A DNA stretch of 64,000 bases from assembly GCA_013265495.1 (NCBI GenBank), contig MU057640.1, positions 567,303 to 631,302 on the forward strand. Reading direction: 5' to 3'. Position numbers and translations under genes: made by a program. The notes under the pieces were generated by a model, which was not told where the DNA came from, made no database searches, and worked only from the letters and a program-made list of their open reading frames with translations. Of this stretch, positions 22,278 through 33,955 are shown piece after piece. This stretch comes from Vicugna vicugna (Eukaryota). How positions within the stretch are numbered: position 1 is the first letter of the stretch; every line of letters begins with the position of its first letter.

Positions 22278-23373
22278 ACGCACGGAACAGACTCTCTGGG
22301 CAATTAGCCATCACCCTCTGACTTTGGTCCTTGTTCTGGTTCTGATATATATATTTTTTAATGAAAGACAACTTAGGTTTTCCCTTCATCCTTGCTTTTT
22401 CCTCTCACCTTCCATGTGTCCCTGCCCCCTTTCCCTCTCTTTAGGGTATGTACAACAGAAGCACAAACTACTGAAACAAAACAGAACAAAAGAGCACAGA
22501 GTAACAGTCCTTCAGAGAGATGGCATCGTGATGTACTATTTATTTTCTATAGAAATGGGAAGTTAGGCAGAGTATCTCTTTTTGGGGGGGAGGGGACCTT
22601 TTTGACACGAGCAGAGTTGATTTCCTCAGTTGTCCTATTTATTGGCAAAATGAAGAGAGGAGGAGCATTGGGTTTGGAAACAAAGAACCGATAACCGTTA
22701 AAAATTATTATTTATATATTCTAGCTATTGTTAGAAGCAGACTTTTTTTTGAGAGAGAGAGAGAAGGGAAATCAAAGACGTGGAAGTAATGTCCTGTTTA
22801 GAAGACAGCCACTGGGGGGAGGATTGATTCAAAGCGCCCCAATCAGGAGGATCTCCTCGATGGCAGAGGATGGCACTTTCTGTGCCCCACGGAGTTGGTG
22901 GCTCCCCACGGCAGACCCCCCTCCCCGTTTCTCCTCCCTGACCTTTCCATCTTCCTCCCTGCTTGTGAGGAAACGGCTGCAGTCCCTGAGAAGCCCGGGC
23001 TGCCCGTGTACGGCCTCCCTCCAGCACCTGGGCCCTGACCAGCAGCGCCTCCTGGCCTGGGACCCTCCTCCTCCGTCAGCATAGCTGCTGTTTGGTTGTT
23101 GCTGGGTTTTTCCCTCGCTTTCCACCTGGCGAAGAGCAATTTCCACATGCAGGAATGGAATATAAGCAGAAAGGCATGGACTCAGCGGTGACAAACAACT
23201 CGAGGCTGCGCTCATGGAAGAAAGAATGTTACCTCAGTCTGTTTCCCTCTTCCCCTCGCCCCCTGTTTAAAAACGTATAAATACCCGTTGGATGATCAAG
23301 TCTCCTGTATTCTTCTATTTTTTTATAGTGCCCCCCAGGCACTTTGTTTTATGTTTCCAATAGCACCTCCTGA

Positions 23374-23379
23374 AATAAA
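23374..23379 (+). terminator. Candidate proximal polyadenylation signal of DPF3a
   Basis: AATAAA preceded by TGTA (~23306) and U-rich tracts, ~1.1 kb after the stop. Confidence 0.6.
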
Positions 23380-24619
23380 CCAAAGCAACACTTGCTCAAG
23401 GCCCCTGGGGTGACGGAGACCATCCACCTTGTTGGCAGCCCCGAGGATGAACAGCTGTGCAGTCCTAGTCAAAAGGTATGTCTTGACTGATCTGTCTTAC
23501 GATGAGGGAAAACCATCACAGTTGCTTTTTTTTTTTCTTTCTTTCCTTTTTTTCCTTTCCCTCCTCCTAACTCGTCTTTTGTTTTTCTGGGTTCAACCCC
23601 ACTTATTAGTGTGGGTGTGGCCACTGGAGCATCTTCTACCAGCCATCTGCTGTCTGAGTGTGCATGTGTACCTATGCGGGCCTGGGCCTAGGTGTGGGAT
23701 CTGAAGCTTGTTTGGACTGTGGGGGGCTCTGTGTGGAGAATGGTGGGCTTATGGCTTCCACTGCAAGAGAAGATGGCTGTGGGGAGTGCTTGGCTAAGTC
23801 TGCCTTCCTGGGCTACGTCTGGAAATGGAATCCGGGGAAGTGAGGTTGGAGTTGGGTGCTATACTTGGGTAGGAATGAGGGGACTGCATGTCTAGGGTGG
23901 ATGGTCCAGGTACCAGTTGAACAGCCAATTAAAGAAGATCTCTGATTTGGCACAACATTCAACCCAGTTGATCTGAAGATCCCGAGCTCCCAGTAAGTAG
24001 GGTCAGGGTCTCCGGCCTTCATGAGAGCATAGGTCCAGATACTCAGGCACTGCCATTTGGCTTGGGTTGGGGGCTCCATGAGGCCACCCAGGCAACAGGC
24101 TGTAAGTGTCTGGAAAGATCTGCTTTGACAGTCCAGCCTTTGCAAGAGCCTCATGCATCAGACCTCTCATTAAAATAGCAAACCAACCAAACAAAAGCAA
24201 GGACCGAGCAAAGAAACCCGCAAATGAACCCTTTGTGCTTCCCTGGTAGGCTGAGAATGGAAAGGGCTGCTGCTTTTCTCCTGCTTGAAATGTCTAAGTG
24301 CTTGCCTGGGCATTTGTTCTCAGTTGTGAGAGAATGAAAGTAACCATGTCACTCATTTTGGGGATGCTCTGCCTAATCTGTGTGTGGCCCTGATCCTAGG
24401 AAATGCAGCATAAACCTCCAAAGTTGTAATATTCCTGTGTGCTCATGTGTGTGCAAAAGCTATCCCAGATGGTTCCAGTTGGTTTCTTGTACGGGGATAT
24501 AGCCTGCTCTTGCTGTCATTCTCTGCCTCTTTGCTTCATCTGTTCATTGACTTTGACTCAGATATTGGATTCATAGCCTTATCACTTGTTCTCACTGATG
24601 AAATGTGAGTTTCTACATT

Positions 24620-24625
24620 AATAAA
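24620..24625 (+). terminator. Candidate distal polyadenylation signal of DPF3a
   Basis: AATAAA followed by GT/T-rich sequence (tgtatatgtc...tgtagttgtttgtag). Confidence 0.5.
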
Positions 24626-25309
24626 AAGATGTGCAACCAATGTATATGTCATTTGAACTCCATGTAGTTGTTTGTAGTCCTGAAGTTCTCAATGACAGCT
24701 TGCCTTTGAACTTGAAATTTTTAAAAACCTGCATAATCAAAACAAATTATAAAAAGTCACCTCATTTCAAGGTCTAGCTTAGAGTCCTGATGGGGCACCA
24801 AGAATGAGCTGTCTAAATGAGACAAACTCCCACAGAGAGATTTATCTGAGGATGGCTATTGCTGATCTATTTCCGTTTTGCTAGTCTAGCTTGATCTTCA
24901 AGGTCCCCTCTTGAGGGTGGTAGATGTCCTCATCTTTCTTAGTTGGCGTAGCCAAGGTGAGCATCAAAATGTATCTTAGCACTGCCTGAGGACCTTGTCT
25001 CATCTTGCTTATAGTATCTTTCTACAGACTCAGAATTTATATCCTTTGAAAAAACAATAAAGGACTGGAAGGGACTTTGACGATGATGAAGTTCAAATCT
25101 TTCACTTTTCATTGAGAAAGATCAACCCAGAGATGTTGAGTTACATTGAAGAGGGTGGAATGGAGGTTACTTTGGAGGCAAGTATCTTGAAGTGAAGGAA
25201 GGAAGGCAAGACTGAGGAGGCAGTTGAGGAGGAAGCTGGCTGCGCCAGGGTTTCCAAAATGCCTTGATGGTCAATGTTACATCATTATCCTCCTTCCGTT
25301 ATATAACAA

Positions 25310-25530
25310 TGGCCAACATTTATATGCCAGATCTTGTTCTGTTTGCCCTGGAATGGTTCATTGAATTCTCATGACTGCCCGTGAGGAAGGTGCTTGTATT
25401 ATTCCCAGTTTACAGATGAGGAAACTGAGGCCTAGTAATTAGGTTAAGAAATATACCTGAAACCCCACAGCTAATAAGAAGCCAGGTTTTGATCCTTGGC
25501 AGCCTGACTCCAGGACTTACAGTCTTTACT
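25310..25530 (-). mobile_element. MIR SINE
   Basis: attattcccagtttacagatgaggaaactgaggc core. Confidence 0.75.
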
Positions 25531-26714
25531 TTTATTATTGTTCTGTGCTGCCCTTTGCACATATATATGTATATATGGAATATATGAACATGTGTATACA
25601 TATATATACATTTATCTCCCTTCCTCTTTCTTGGGTCCACCTGAAGAAAGGAGTGTTTGTAATAAAATAGCTTTAAAAGTTACCCTTATTAAAAGCAATT
25701 TCAAAACTGAAGAGTACCCAATTAGATCCCCCAAAGAGAATTCCAATTAAAATTCTGTGCAGCATTTTATAGAGAGCTCATTTTCTAAACCATCATTTCT
25801 AGACATTCCCTCCTGAATGCCTGTTAGGGACATAGGTCTACTTTTTTGCAACCTTAGAAATTGCTAGAGTTGTGTGAGCAGTCAACTCATCTACCATTTT
25901 GTTGTTGCTTTTGTTAAATAAGTATTGTTACTCAAATAGTAATATGAAAGAAATTGGAATCACCAGGATGAAAATGGTCTGACTAGTTTCCTTTGTCCTC
26001 AGCTCAGCAAAGCACCATCCCAAATCCTTTAAAAGTGTCACCTAATTTTCTGAATCCTAACCCAAAGATAAGAAAATCAAAGATACAGAACTTTCTAAAT
26101 TTGTTACAACATTCAGATCCCCCAGGGGGAACTGTTGATGTAAAGGTGATTATCGTTGTTTTCTATCTGTTGTTTTTTCCTGCCTAGGACAATCCAACCC
26201 TTTACATCTGTTCCTGAGACTATGTAGAGATCAGACCCTCTTATCACCTTTAACACTGGGAGTGAGAAAATATGCATTTAATTTTTTAAAGGTACTTTAA
26301 AGTCACTAATGCAATTTGCTACTGGTATTGTGGAGAGAAGGACTTAATAAAAATATGATGCTCACATCAACAGCATCCCTTTAAGTCTTCCTGCTTACTT
26401 TGCATCTCTCTATGCACCTAATGGGCTGAAACCTGATATTGCCTTTATATGGCACTTGAGGGAACACAAGATCATTACTCGGGGAGAGAACTAAAGGCTG
26501 TTTGGAGGTTCTCACTTCATGGTGGAATAAAATTAATTAATATTATCCCAATATGCCTCCTGTTACATCTGATGAATATGATCTTGAACTTGTAGTTAAA
26601 AGTTTGAGCAGACGCATGTACTAGGAATTATTCTGCAGGGGATTTTGTTTGGCCTTTGGAAGTGAAGTTACTTGTGTCTTTTCTGAGTGAGGCATTTTTG
26701 ATCTAGTGAGTAGA

Positions 26715-26990
26715 AGCCTCGAGTGGAAAAGTCCTGGGTTCTGGACTCAGTCCCTGTGTGAGTTTGTTGCCATGAATCTCTGCCTCAGTTTCTCTATCCC
26801 GAAGGTGTGGACATTCCTTATCCTGTCAGAATATATAACCAACATGGCCTCATGAGGATTCTTAAAGCCACCCTGCAAGGTAGGGTAGGTGTTCTTTATT
26901 CCCATTTTACTGATGAGGAAACTGAGATTCAATCAGGTTAAATGACTGGTCTGAAGTCCAGGGTCAGTAGGTGGCATCTGGGTCTTCTAA
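26715..26990. mobile_element. MIR SINE fragments (both orientations)
   Basis: ctctgcctcagtttctctatc; cccattttactgatgaggaaactgaga. Confidence 0.6.
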
Positions 26991-27354
26991 TACTCCTTCC
27001 TCAGTCTGTACTGACTTCTCCACAGATCTTGTTTTGAAGATTTCTTGAGTAAAATCAAGAAAGGGCTCTGAAGTCTTTCATTCAAGACCTCACTGGGTTG
27101 AGAAGAGGTTAACTGATGCTGTAAAAACCAAACCAAACCAAACCAACAAAATAAAAACTCCAACATATCATCACATTGGAATCCTGTTGAGAGGTGGCAA
27201 TGTCTAAGTCTTCATGAACTTTCCCAAAGAACAACGGTTGAGCTTTTTAAATGATCAGTGTGCTGGTGGTGACATTGGGGTTGGGTGAGGGAGTAGTGAG
27301 GTCGCAGGGTGAATCACTTCAAGCCCTGTTTTGGTCACATATCCAAGTAGTTCT

Positions 27355-27609
27355 TTTTTTTTTTTTCCTATTTTTTTAAAACATAGTTCTTCTTCTTCTT
27401 TTAAAGACAAGTGCTTTATTTTATTTAAAAAAACTTTTTTGATTGACGTACTGGAAATTGAACCAGGACCTTGTGCATGCTAAGCATGTATTCTACCACT
27501 GAGCTATACACCCCCCCCTTTTTTTTTGTTAGCGGAGATACTGGGGATTAAACCCAGGACCTCATGCATGCTAAGCATGCACTCTACAACTGAGCTATAA
27601 CCCCACCTT
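27355..27609 (-). mobile_element. Dimeric Vic-1-like SINE (two tRNA-like heads in tandem) with 18-bp target-site duplication
   Basis: Two heads (~27445-27518 and ~27533-27607); TSD acatatccaagtagttct (27337-27354) / acatatccaagtatttct (27610-27627). Confidence 0.8.
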
Positions 27610-27861
27610 ACATATCCAAGTATTTCTAGCACTAAAATATTGAATTATATGATACTGTTGTATTTAATAAGAGTGATTTCTGACCATTTACTCAAAATAA
27701 CAGTATAGGAAGAACCATTCTGCTTGATTGATTTACAAAACAGCTGAGGATGATAGAAGATCCTTGTTAGAAGTAAATTATTAGCTAAAAGATATTGGCA
27801 GTTAGGTTTTCAAAGTGTCCCAACACTGGCCCTCAACCAACAACTAAGACTTTAAACACTT

Positions 27862-28335
27862 TTTTTTTTAACATTTTGAGATAATTTCAGATTTATGAAA
27901 ACTTATACAAATAATACAAAGAATTCCCATATCCTCTTCACTCAGATTCTTCAAATAATCACAGGACAATAATCACAATCAGGACATGCACGTTGACGCA
28001 ATACCACAGTCTGCAGACGTTAGTCAAATTTTGCCAATTGTCTCACTCATGGTGTTTTTCTGGTCCAGGATCCAGTCCGGGATCCCATGTTACATTTAGT
28101 TGTCATGTCCTCTTAAAATCCTTTAACTTGAGTCATTAGTTTTGCATCTTTCTTTGTCTTTCATAACCTTAAAACCTTTGAAGAATACTGGCTATCATTT
28201 CATAGAAAGTCCTTCATGTTAGGATTGTGTACTGTTTCTTAATGATTAAAATCAGGTTATGCATTTTTGGTAAGACTGTCATAGAAGTGATGCTGTATCC
28301 TTCTCAGTGCATAGTATCAGGGAGCACATGATTGA
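27862..28335 (-). mobile_element. L1M 3' end fragment
   Basis: T-tail then ttttgagataatttcagatttat...aaagaattcccatatcctcttcactcagattc. Confidence 0.7.
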
Positions 28336-29382
28336 TTTACTCGTCTCCAAGTGACTCAGACATTTGGCCTTTCAGCTGAGGTTCAGGCTGGTATGGCTGC
28401 AGACCTTAGAGGATAATATTTTCATTCATTTGGCAACTGGGGACTGAGTAATAGCAGCTCAGGCCTGTGAAGGATAGGATGAAATTAAACATGGGGCCCA
28501 TGGATTTATTGTCCATTGGATTTATTTGCAACTTAGTTTGGCAGACTAGATATTCACAAGTAGTTAAGAATGTGTAAGAGTATCGTGGGGTGGTTCATGA
28601 TTATTTTCGCTTTGGCTCATAGCAGTCAGGGAGATTTTCTTGGAGGAAGCCATCTAGATCAACAAAGAGCTTGACTGTGGCTATTTAATCTGTAGGCAAG
28701 AATGTCTGTTGTCAAAGAGAATGGAGATTGAGCTGAAGGAAAAGCAAAGCTGGGATTTATATAAAATGGCAAAAATCACAATATTTTAAAAAAATTGCTT
28801 AAGTATTGTTCTGTAGCATTTTGTTCATGTCATTGGTATTAATGCTTATCAAAACATATTGTGATTGTTTGTAGCCCTTCTGATAAAGCAGATGGTGTGT
28901 TCCTTGAGGGCAAAGATGATGTCATGCATGTCCCTCGGACAGTACCCGACACCATTGTGTCATAATTACTTGTTGAAATAAGCACAACTGAGCAATGTTT
29001 CTGAGCTAATTAGTGGAAGGAGTTGGTGTCTTGTTCTATGCATAGTGGGCGCTCAGAAAGTGTTGCTGACAGAAAGGTTGAAGTCGTATGTGGACACAGC
29101 ACCCGCTGGTCAAGTCAAGGAGGTGGATGGGAGCCAGGAAGCCATGAAGTGGTGGTGAGGGGTGAGGGAGAGAATGAGGATGTGAGGACGGGTGAAGGGA
29201 AACTGAAGATGTGTGGTGGGCTGGAAAGTAAGCTTCCTTGAGACTTAGGGGGGACTGAGAGCAGAAGACTGAAACATAGCAGGACATTCCCAGTGGCCTG
29301 CAGTTGGCCCAGGAAGAGAACATGGATGTGGAAGGACAGAGTTGGGAACCAACCAGCTATGTGGCTTAGATGGGACAAAAGA

Positions 29383-29385
<3 letters not shown>

Positions 29386-29423
<38 letters not shown>
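29386..29423. repeat. (GT)n microsatellite (~19 units)
   Basis: Uninterrupted GT run. Confidence 0.97.
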
Positions 29424-29426
<3 letters not shown>

Positions 29427-30998
29427 TTGGGGGGTCAAAGGCAGAAATTTGAGGAAATGGAAAGGGCATGGGGGATGGTTATGAAACAGACTCACTAACT
29501 GAGTGGCAGAGGGGCCAGAGAGGGGTGAGAGGCATTGGGTGAGGGACAGAAAGACTCCTGGCAGGGATGACAGTCTGACTGGGTGCCCAACCAGAGAATA
29601 CTTGGAACCCCTATGGAAGGCCTGGCGAAAGGCCAGTGGGTTCTATCACTGGCGCGAAGGGGTTGGAGGAGGTGGCACAGTGAAGAGATGAGCACCAAGG
29701 AAGGAGGGGGAGCCTGGGAGGGGGCAACAGAAAAGCAGATCCTAGAGGGAGACAGTGGGATGGACTGGGATGGGATGGAGAGGAAAGATACAGGAACAAG
29801 TGTGGAGGGAGGGCTTGGTGGTGGGTGGAAATGAGACCTGTCTCAGCCTCCCTTGGAAAGCATGAGTAGATGGATAGAATCAGCTTTGGAAGTGCAGCTG
29901 ATCCAGTCCTGTACACCTGATACATGAGTGATGCCTCAGGTACTAGCAGGAGAAGTTGGGGTGCAGGGGTGGGTGGGGAGTTTCAACTTGGAAGAGGCTG
30001 GGTGGCTCACTTGATTTTGAACTTTGTTCCCTGCCACCTTGGCCACTGTCCAGTTGGGCACCCAGCCTTCCTTTCCTCCCTCCCTTGCCACTTAGCTCAG
30101 AGTGAGCTGGACACTGTTAGGGGCACCCATCTCTGCCCTCAGGAACGGCTTCTTGGGTGAAATGTGATAGTATTTGGTTTCATTGTACTCTTTCATGCTG
30201 GCTACTCCATTCCAAAGACCAAAATAACTTAGCAGATTTCATTTCAGCTAGAAGCAAAATCCATGCATGGTTGGTACCTGTCAGGCTAGAGGACTCACCT
30301 GGTGTGAACTGCCACCAGATTCCAAGGCTGACAATTGGGATCACTGGGCTCGTTGAGGACTGGAACGGATATGCTGGCTTGGTTCTCTCTTTTGAGTGAT
30401 TCTGACACCTGGAATCACTTGGGTCAGCACAGGGGTGAGGTGTAGGCATGAAGCAGTCTCCTTTTGGCCTTCGGCCGAACGGGACATCCGTTGGGGTTTT
30501 CTGTGACTGCAGCTGGTCCTGTACGGAAGGAACTCCTCATGTCCGCTTAGGTGAGGCGACAGGTTGTATCATAATGGTCTTTCTGGAGTATTTAACACTG
30601 AAAAGATTCAGCTGGTTTCATTTCCAAGCAGAGGAGGGAAAAAGATTTTGCTAACACCCAGTTTTGCCAGCTACGCCGCCTAGGAATTGACAGTCTCTCC
30701 GTGCCCTCTGAGCCTTGAGTCATCCCGTTGGCCAGGAGCAGCTGCCCTGCCCTGTTCCTGGCTGATTTCGAGCTGCTGGTGGTGAAGGCACAAGGCACTA
30801 GCCTGGTTCTCCTGTGCATAGGCATGGCCTTGTTCGTGTGGCGATTCGCTGTTTGCGGTCTTTCTTTCTTTCTTTCTTTTTTTTCCCTTTTCCACTCATT
30901 TCATGTCCACCACCCCCTTAATGTAGACCTTTCTTTTTTAGGCATTTGTCCTGTGCTGTTGTTTTTTGTTTTATCTTTCATTGCCTTTCCCTCTGCAG

Positions 30999-32750
30999 TC
31001 AACGCTCTGACCTGGGGACTCCAATATCCTTCAAACAAGCCGTTTCTGAAGAAGGTGAAAAGAAGCCACCACGATCTGCGCCTCCTCCTCCTCCTCCCTT
31101 GCCTGGCCCCCTCCTGCGCACGTGTTTCTGCCAACACAGGAGCCTGGATTGCGGAAAAGCCTCCAATGCAACTCAGCTCAGCTCAGCGATGTCTCGGGAA
31201 CGGCCTAACTGTGCAATAAGAAGAATTTCTTTTTTTCCTCTTTTTAAAATTCTCCATTACGTTTTCTCTAAGTGTCCGTGAGAAAGTATGCAGGTCAGAC
31301 TGGGATTGCTCTACAGTAGAAATAACTGAACACGAACAAACTGACAAAAAAAAAAAAAAAAGAGTTAACTATTTTATTTATTTCAATATTTAAAAGAAAA
31401 GGTGCTGATGTGGCAGAGTATTTTTGTTTAAAGTACCTTCTACTTCAAAAGTTAAAAGAAATTTTGTGAAGACATGAAAATCAAAAGAGGACTTAATGTA
31501 AAATAAAGACTGCCTATTAACTCTAAGGAAAAATACCCCACATTTTTAATAAGAGAATAAAGATCAACTCTGCTCTCTCGGGGTTTTTAAAAGCCATTCA
31601 TGTATGTGCTTTAGGTATTTTTATTTCTGCAAGTTGGATGTGGTAAGTGAGGAGTGATCGATTTTTTTTTTCCTTCTTCAAAAGTCTATTGAAAGTGTTT
31701 GATGATGTCTTAAGACTTGACTGAAATAAATTAGGCACAAAGGCGGTCAGCAGTCTCTCCGAGCCTCCCCCCAAAACAAGTACCCAAGCAAACAAACAAA
31801 CAGCTCCCCCCTTACCCTGGGCAAGCCCCATTTACCCCGTTTCGAGAAGCAGCCTGCCTCCTGATTATCGTGTCTGACGAGGCCTAGTTCTGAAAGGAAT
31901 TCCATCTAGTGATTAAATATATCTCTGCAGATTCAACAGATTTGGATACGGACAGCTTTGTTTAAAATAATGTGGTGAAGGAAGAGAGAGGGAAAAAAAA
32001 GAACAAAAAAGTGTCACTTGGGATGACATTAATTCTGTTCCCTCACGGCTCCTGGGGGAGACGTGTGAAGGGGGCCTGCTGCTGAGCCAGTTCCTGGGGC
32101 CTGACACAGTGAGGAAGGCCAATGTGAAAGATGGAAACCTCAAATTTGGTTGCTGGTGGGGGTAAAAAGGGAAAAGGTGAGAGGTCTGACACGTCCTTTT
32201 ATGGCCATGTTGGTGGAAGGAACGTTTTGGACTATGAAATGCATTCAGCATAGTGTCTGCTGCCTAGTGAAGGGGCTGAGTTGACTGGCTGGGCCACTGG
32301 GTTCCACCCCCAGTCTCTTACCTGTCCACGCTCTTGAGTGTCCCTCACTGGTAAGAAGTCACAACCAATGTACCATCTAACTCTGGGTATTCCTCTTAGC
32401 AAAAGTTTTGAGTTGACAGTGTTACTGAAATGGTTCTGAGCCCAAGAATCTCTCTTTTGCCTTTGCAAGGGGGAGACTGGATGGGCACAGACTTCCTGCC
32501 AGCCCTGAAAAGGCCAGTCCCCCGAGTAGATCACCTAGAGTCTCTCTGTATCATTTTGTAGCCCTTTTCTGTGACGTTTTCTGATAGAAAATGTCCCTTT
32601 CCAAAATGCTAATAATTATAATAATAATCCTCTCTCCCACCCACTCCCACAAGTTATAACATGTAGAATTGTGATAAAACTTTGCATAATGTAGGGTTTG
32701 TATCAAGTTTGTATAAGTTTCTGTTAAATAAAAGTCTGTTTCCAATGCTT
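30999..32750 (+). other. DPF3: Candidate additional alternative terminal exon of DPF3 (coding to 31219 if joined to the exon ending at 19233, then UTR-like sequence)
   Basis: Very long pyrimidine tract + CAG at 30996-30998; phase-1 reading open to TAA ending 31219; repeat-free UTR-like sequence with AATAAA at 31502, 31556, 31725 and 32727. Confidence 0.5.
32727..32732 (+). terminator. Strong candidate polyadenylation signal
   Basis: AATAAA with four TGTA (CFIm-type) elements in the preceding ~70 nt and U-rich downstream sequence. Confidence 0.6.
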
Positions 32751-33512
32751 CTATAGCATCTCTGTAAATTTTGCTTTTCCAACCTCATCCTGCATAAGTT
32801 CAACTTTCATACTGTCCTGTAGAAGGGACTCTGCCCATTTGCATGTCCAGGATTTGCTGAACCTTAATTGTTTTGTGTAGAAACACAGTCTAGAACAGTG
32901 GTGGCCGCTGGCTTGGCTGACAGGTGGTGTCTTGGGAAGTGCACCAAGCTCAGCGTTGGTGCCAGCACCTGCGCTTTGAGTCCAGACATGCTGTCCCCTG
33001 CCCACCATCACCATGGCCATCATCACCCTCTCCATGGCCAGAGTGAATTTATGAAGAGCCTGGTTATATGTACTGACTTAATATACCCAGCGAATGTTGT
33101 CGTCACACCAGTGCTAAGATAGTTTTGCACAAGAATGCAAGGTTTAGTGTGTGCTTGGAAAAAGCTGAGAGGTTCATGTTTCTATTGCCTAAAAAGTGCT
33201 CTTGGTGTTGCCTCTCCAAGATGCTGGTTGGTATGGCTGTAAACCAGTCCCCCTGAGACAGGTTTCTCCTTGTGTGTGGACGTGGACACTCTTCTCTGAT
33301 GGGTCCTCTAGGTCAGAGAGAACCACACCAGCCTTTCAGGCCAAGTCTTGCTCTCTGAGCATTGCTAGCCTCTGCTGAGGCCAGGTGGAGATGGAACATG
33401 ACTTTGTGATGCTGATGCTAGCACGTTCTATCCTCCTGTAGACTGAACGCCACATTATGGCATTCATTGTGGACTTTATACATTTCCCTAGCAGAAAAAG
33501 GGGTTTTCCCTC

Positions 33513-33955
33513 TTTTTATTGTGGCTATATATATATATATATATGACATGAAAATTACCATTTTAACCATTTTTAGGTGTATAGTTCAGAGGCATTAGTT
33601 ACATTCATGTTGTTGAACACCTGTCACCACCATCCATCTCCAGAACTTTTTCATCTTCTTCAATTAAAACTCTACCCATTAAACACTAACTCTCCATTTC
33701 CCCCTCTCCCCAGCCCCTGGCAACCACCATTCTACTTTTTGTCTCTATGAATTTGACTATTCTGGGTACCTCATGTAAGTAGAATCAGAATATTTATCCT
33801 TTTGTGACAGACTTGTTTCTCTTAGCATAATATCTTCAAGGTTCATTCATATTGTAGTGTGTCAGAATTCCATTCCTTTTTAAGGCTGAGTAATATTCCA
33901 TTGCATGTTCATGCCACATTTTCTTTATCCATTCATCTGTTTCTAGATACTTGGA
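33513..33955 (-). mobile_element. L1MB-like 3' end fragment
   Basis: aaaattaccattttaaccatttttaggtgtatagttcag...ccccagcccctggcaaccaccattctactt...ggctgagtaatattccattg. Confidence 0.8.

Larger units (their letters stand above)
22278..24650 (+). other. DPF3: DPF3a 3'UTR (approximate; tandem polyA sites)
   Basis: Follows the DPF3a stop; largely repeat-free with AT-rich blocks; AATAAA at 23374-23379 and 24620-24625. Confidence 0.6.

Noticed and set aside
22323..22330. TTTGGTCC matching the 5' end of miR-133
   Set aside because: Only 8 nt, same sense as the miRNA (not a target site), no hairpin
30651..30690. CTAAC branch + CAG acceptor at 30670
   Set aside because: Short pyrimidine tract and an immediate stop (ATPPRN*); weaker than the downstream acceptors, though not excluded
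30728..31219. 163-aa hydrophobic ORF as a standalone membrane-protein gene (ATG in good Kozak context at 30824)
   Set aside because: The F/L/S-rich half is simply the translation of a polypyrimidine tract, and no promoter evidence is visible. It is better explained as a splice acceptor region, and only the 3' part is kept as a candidate exon.
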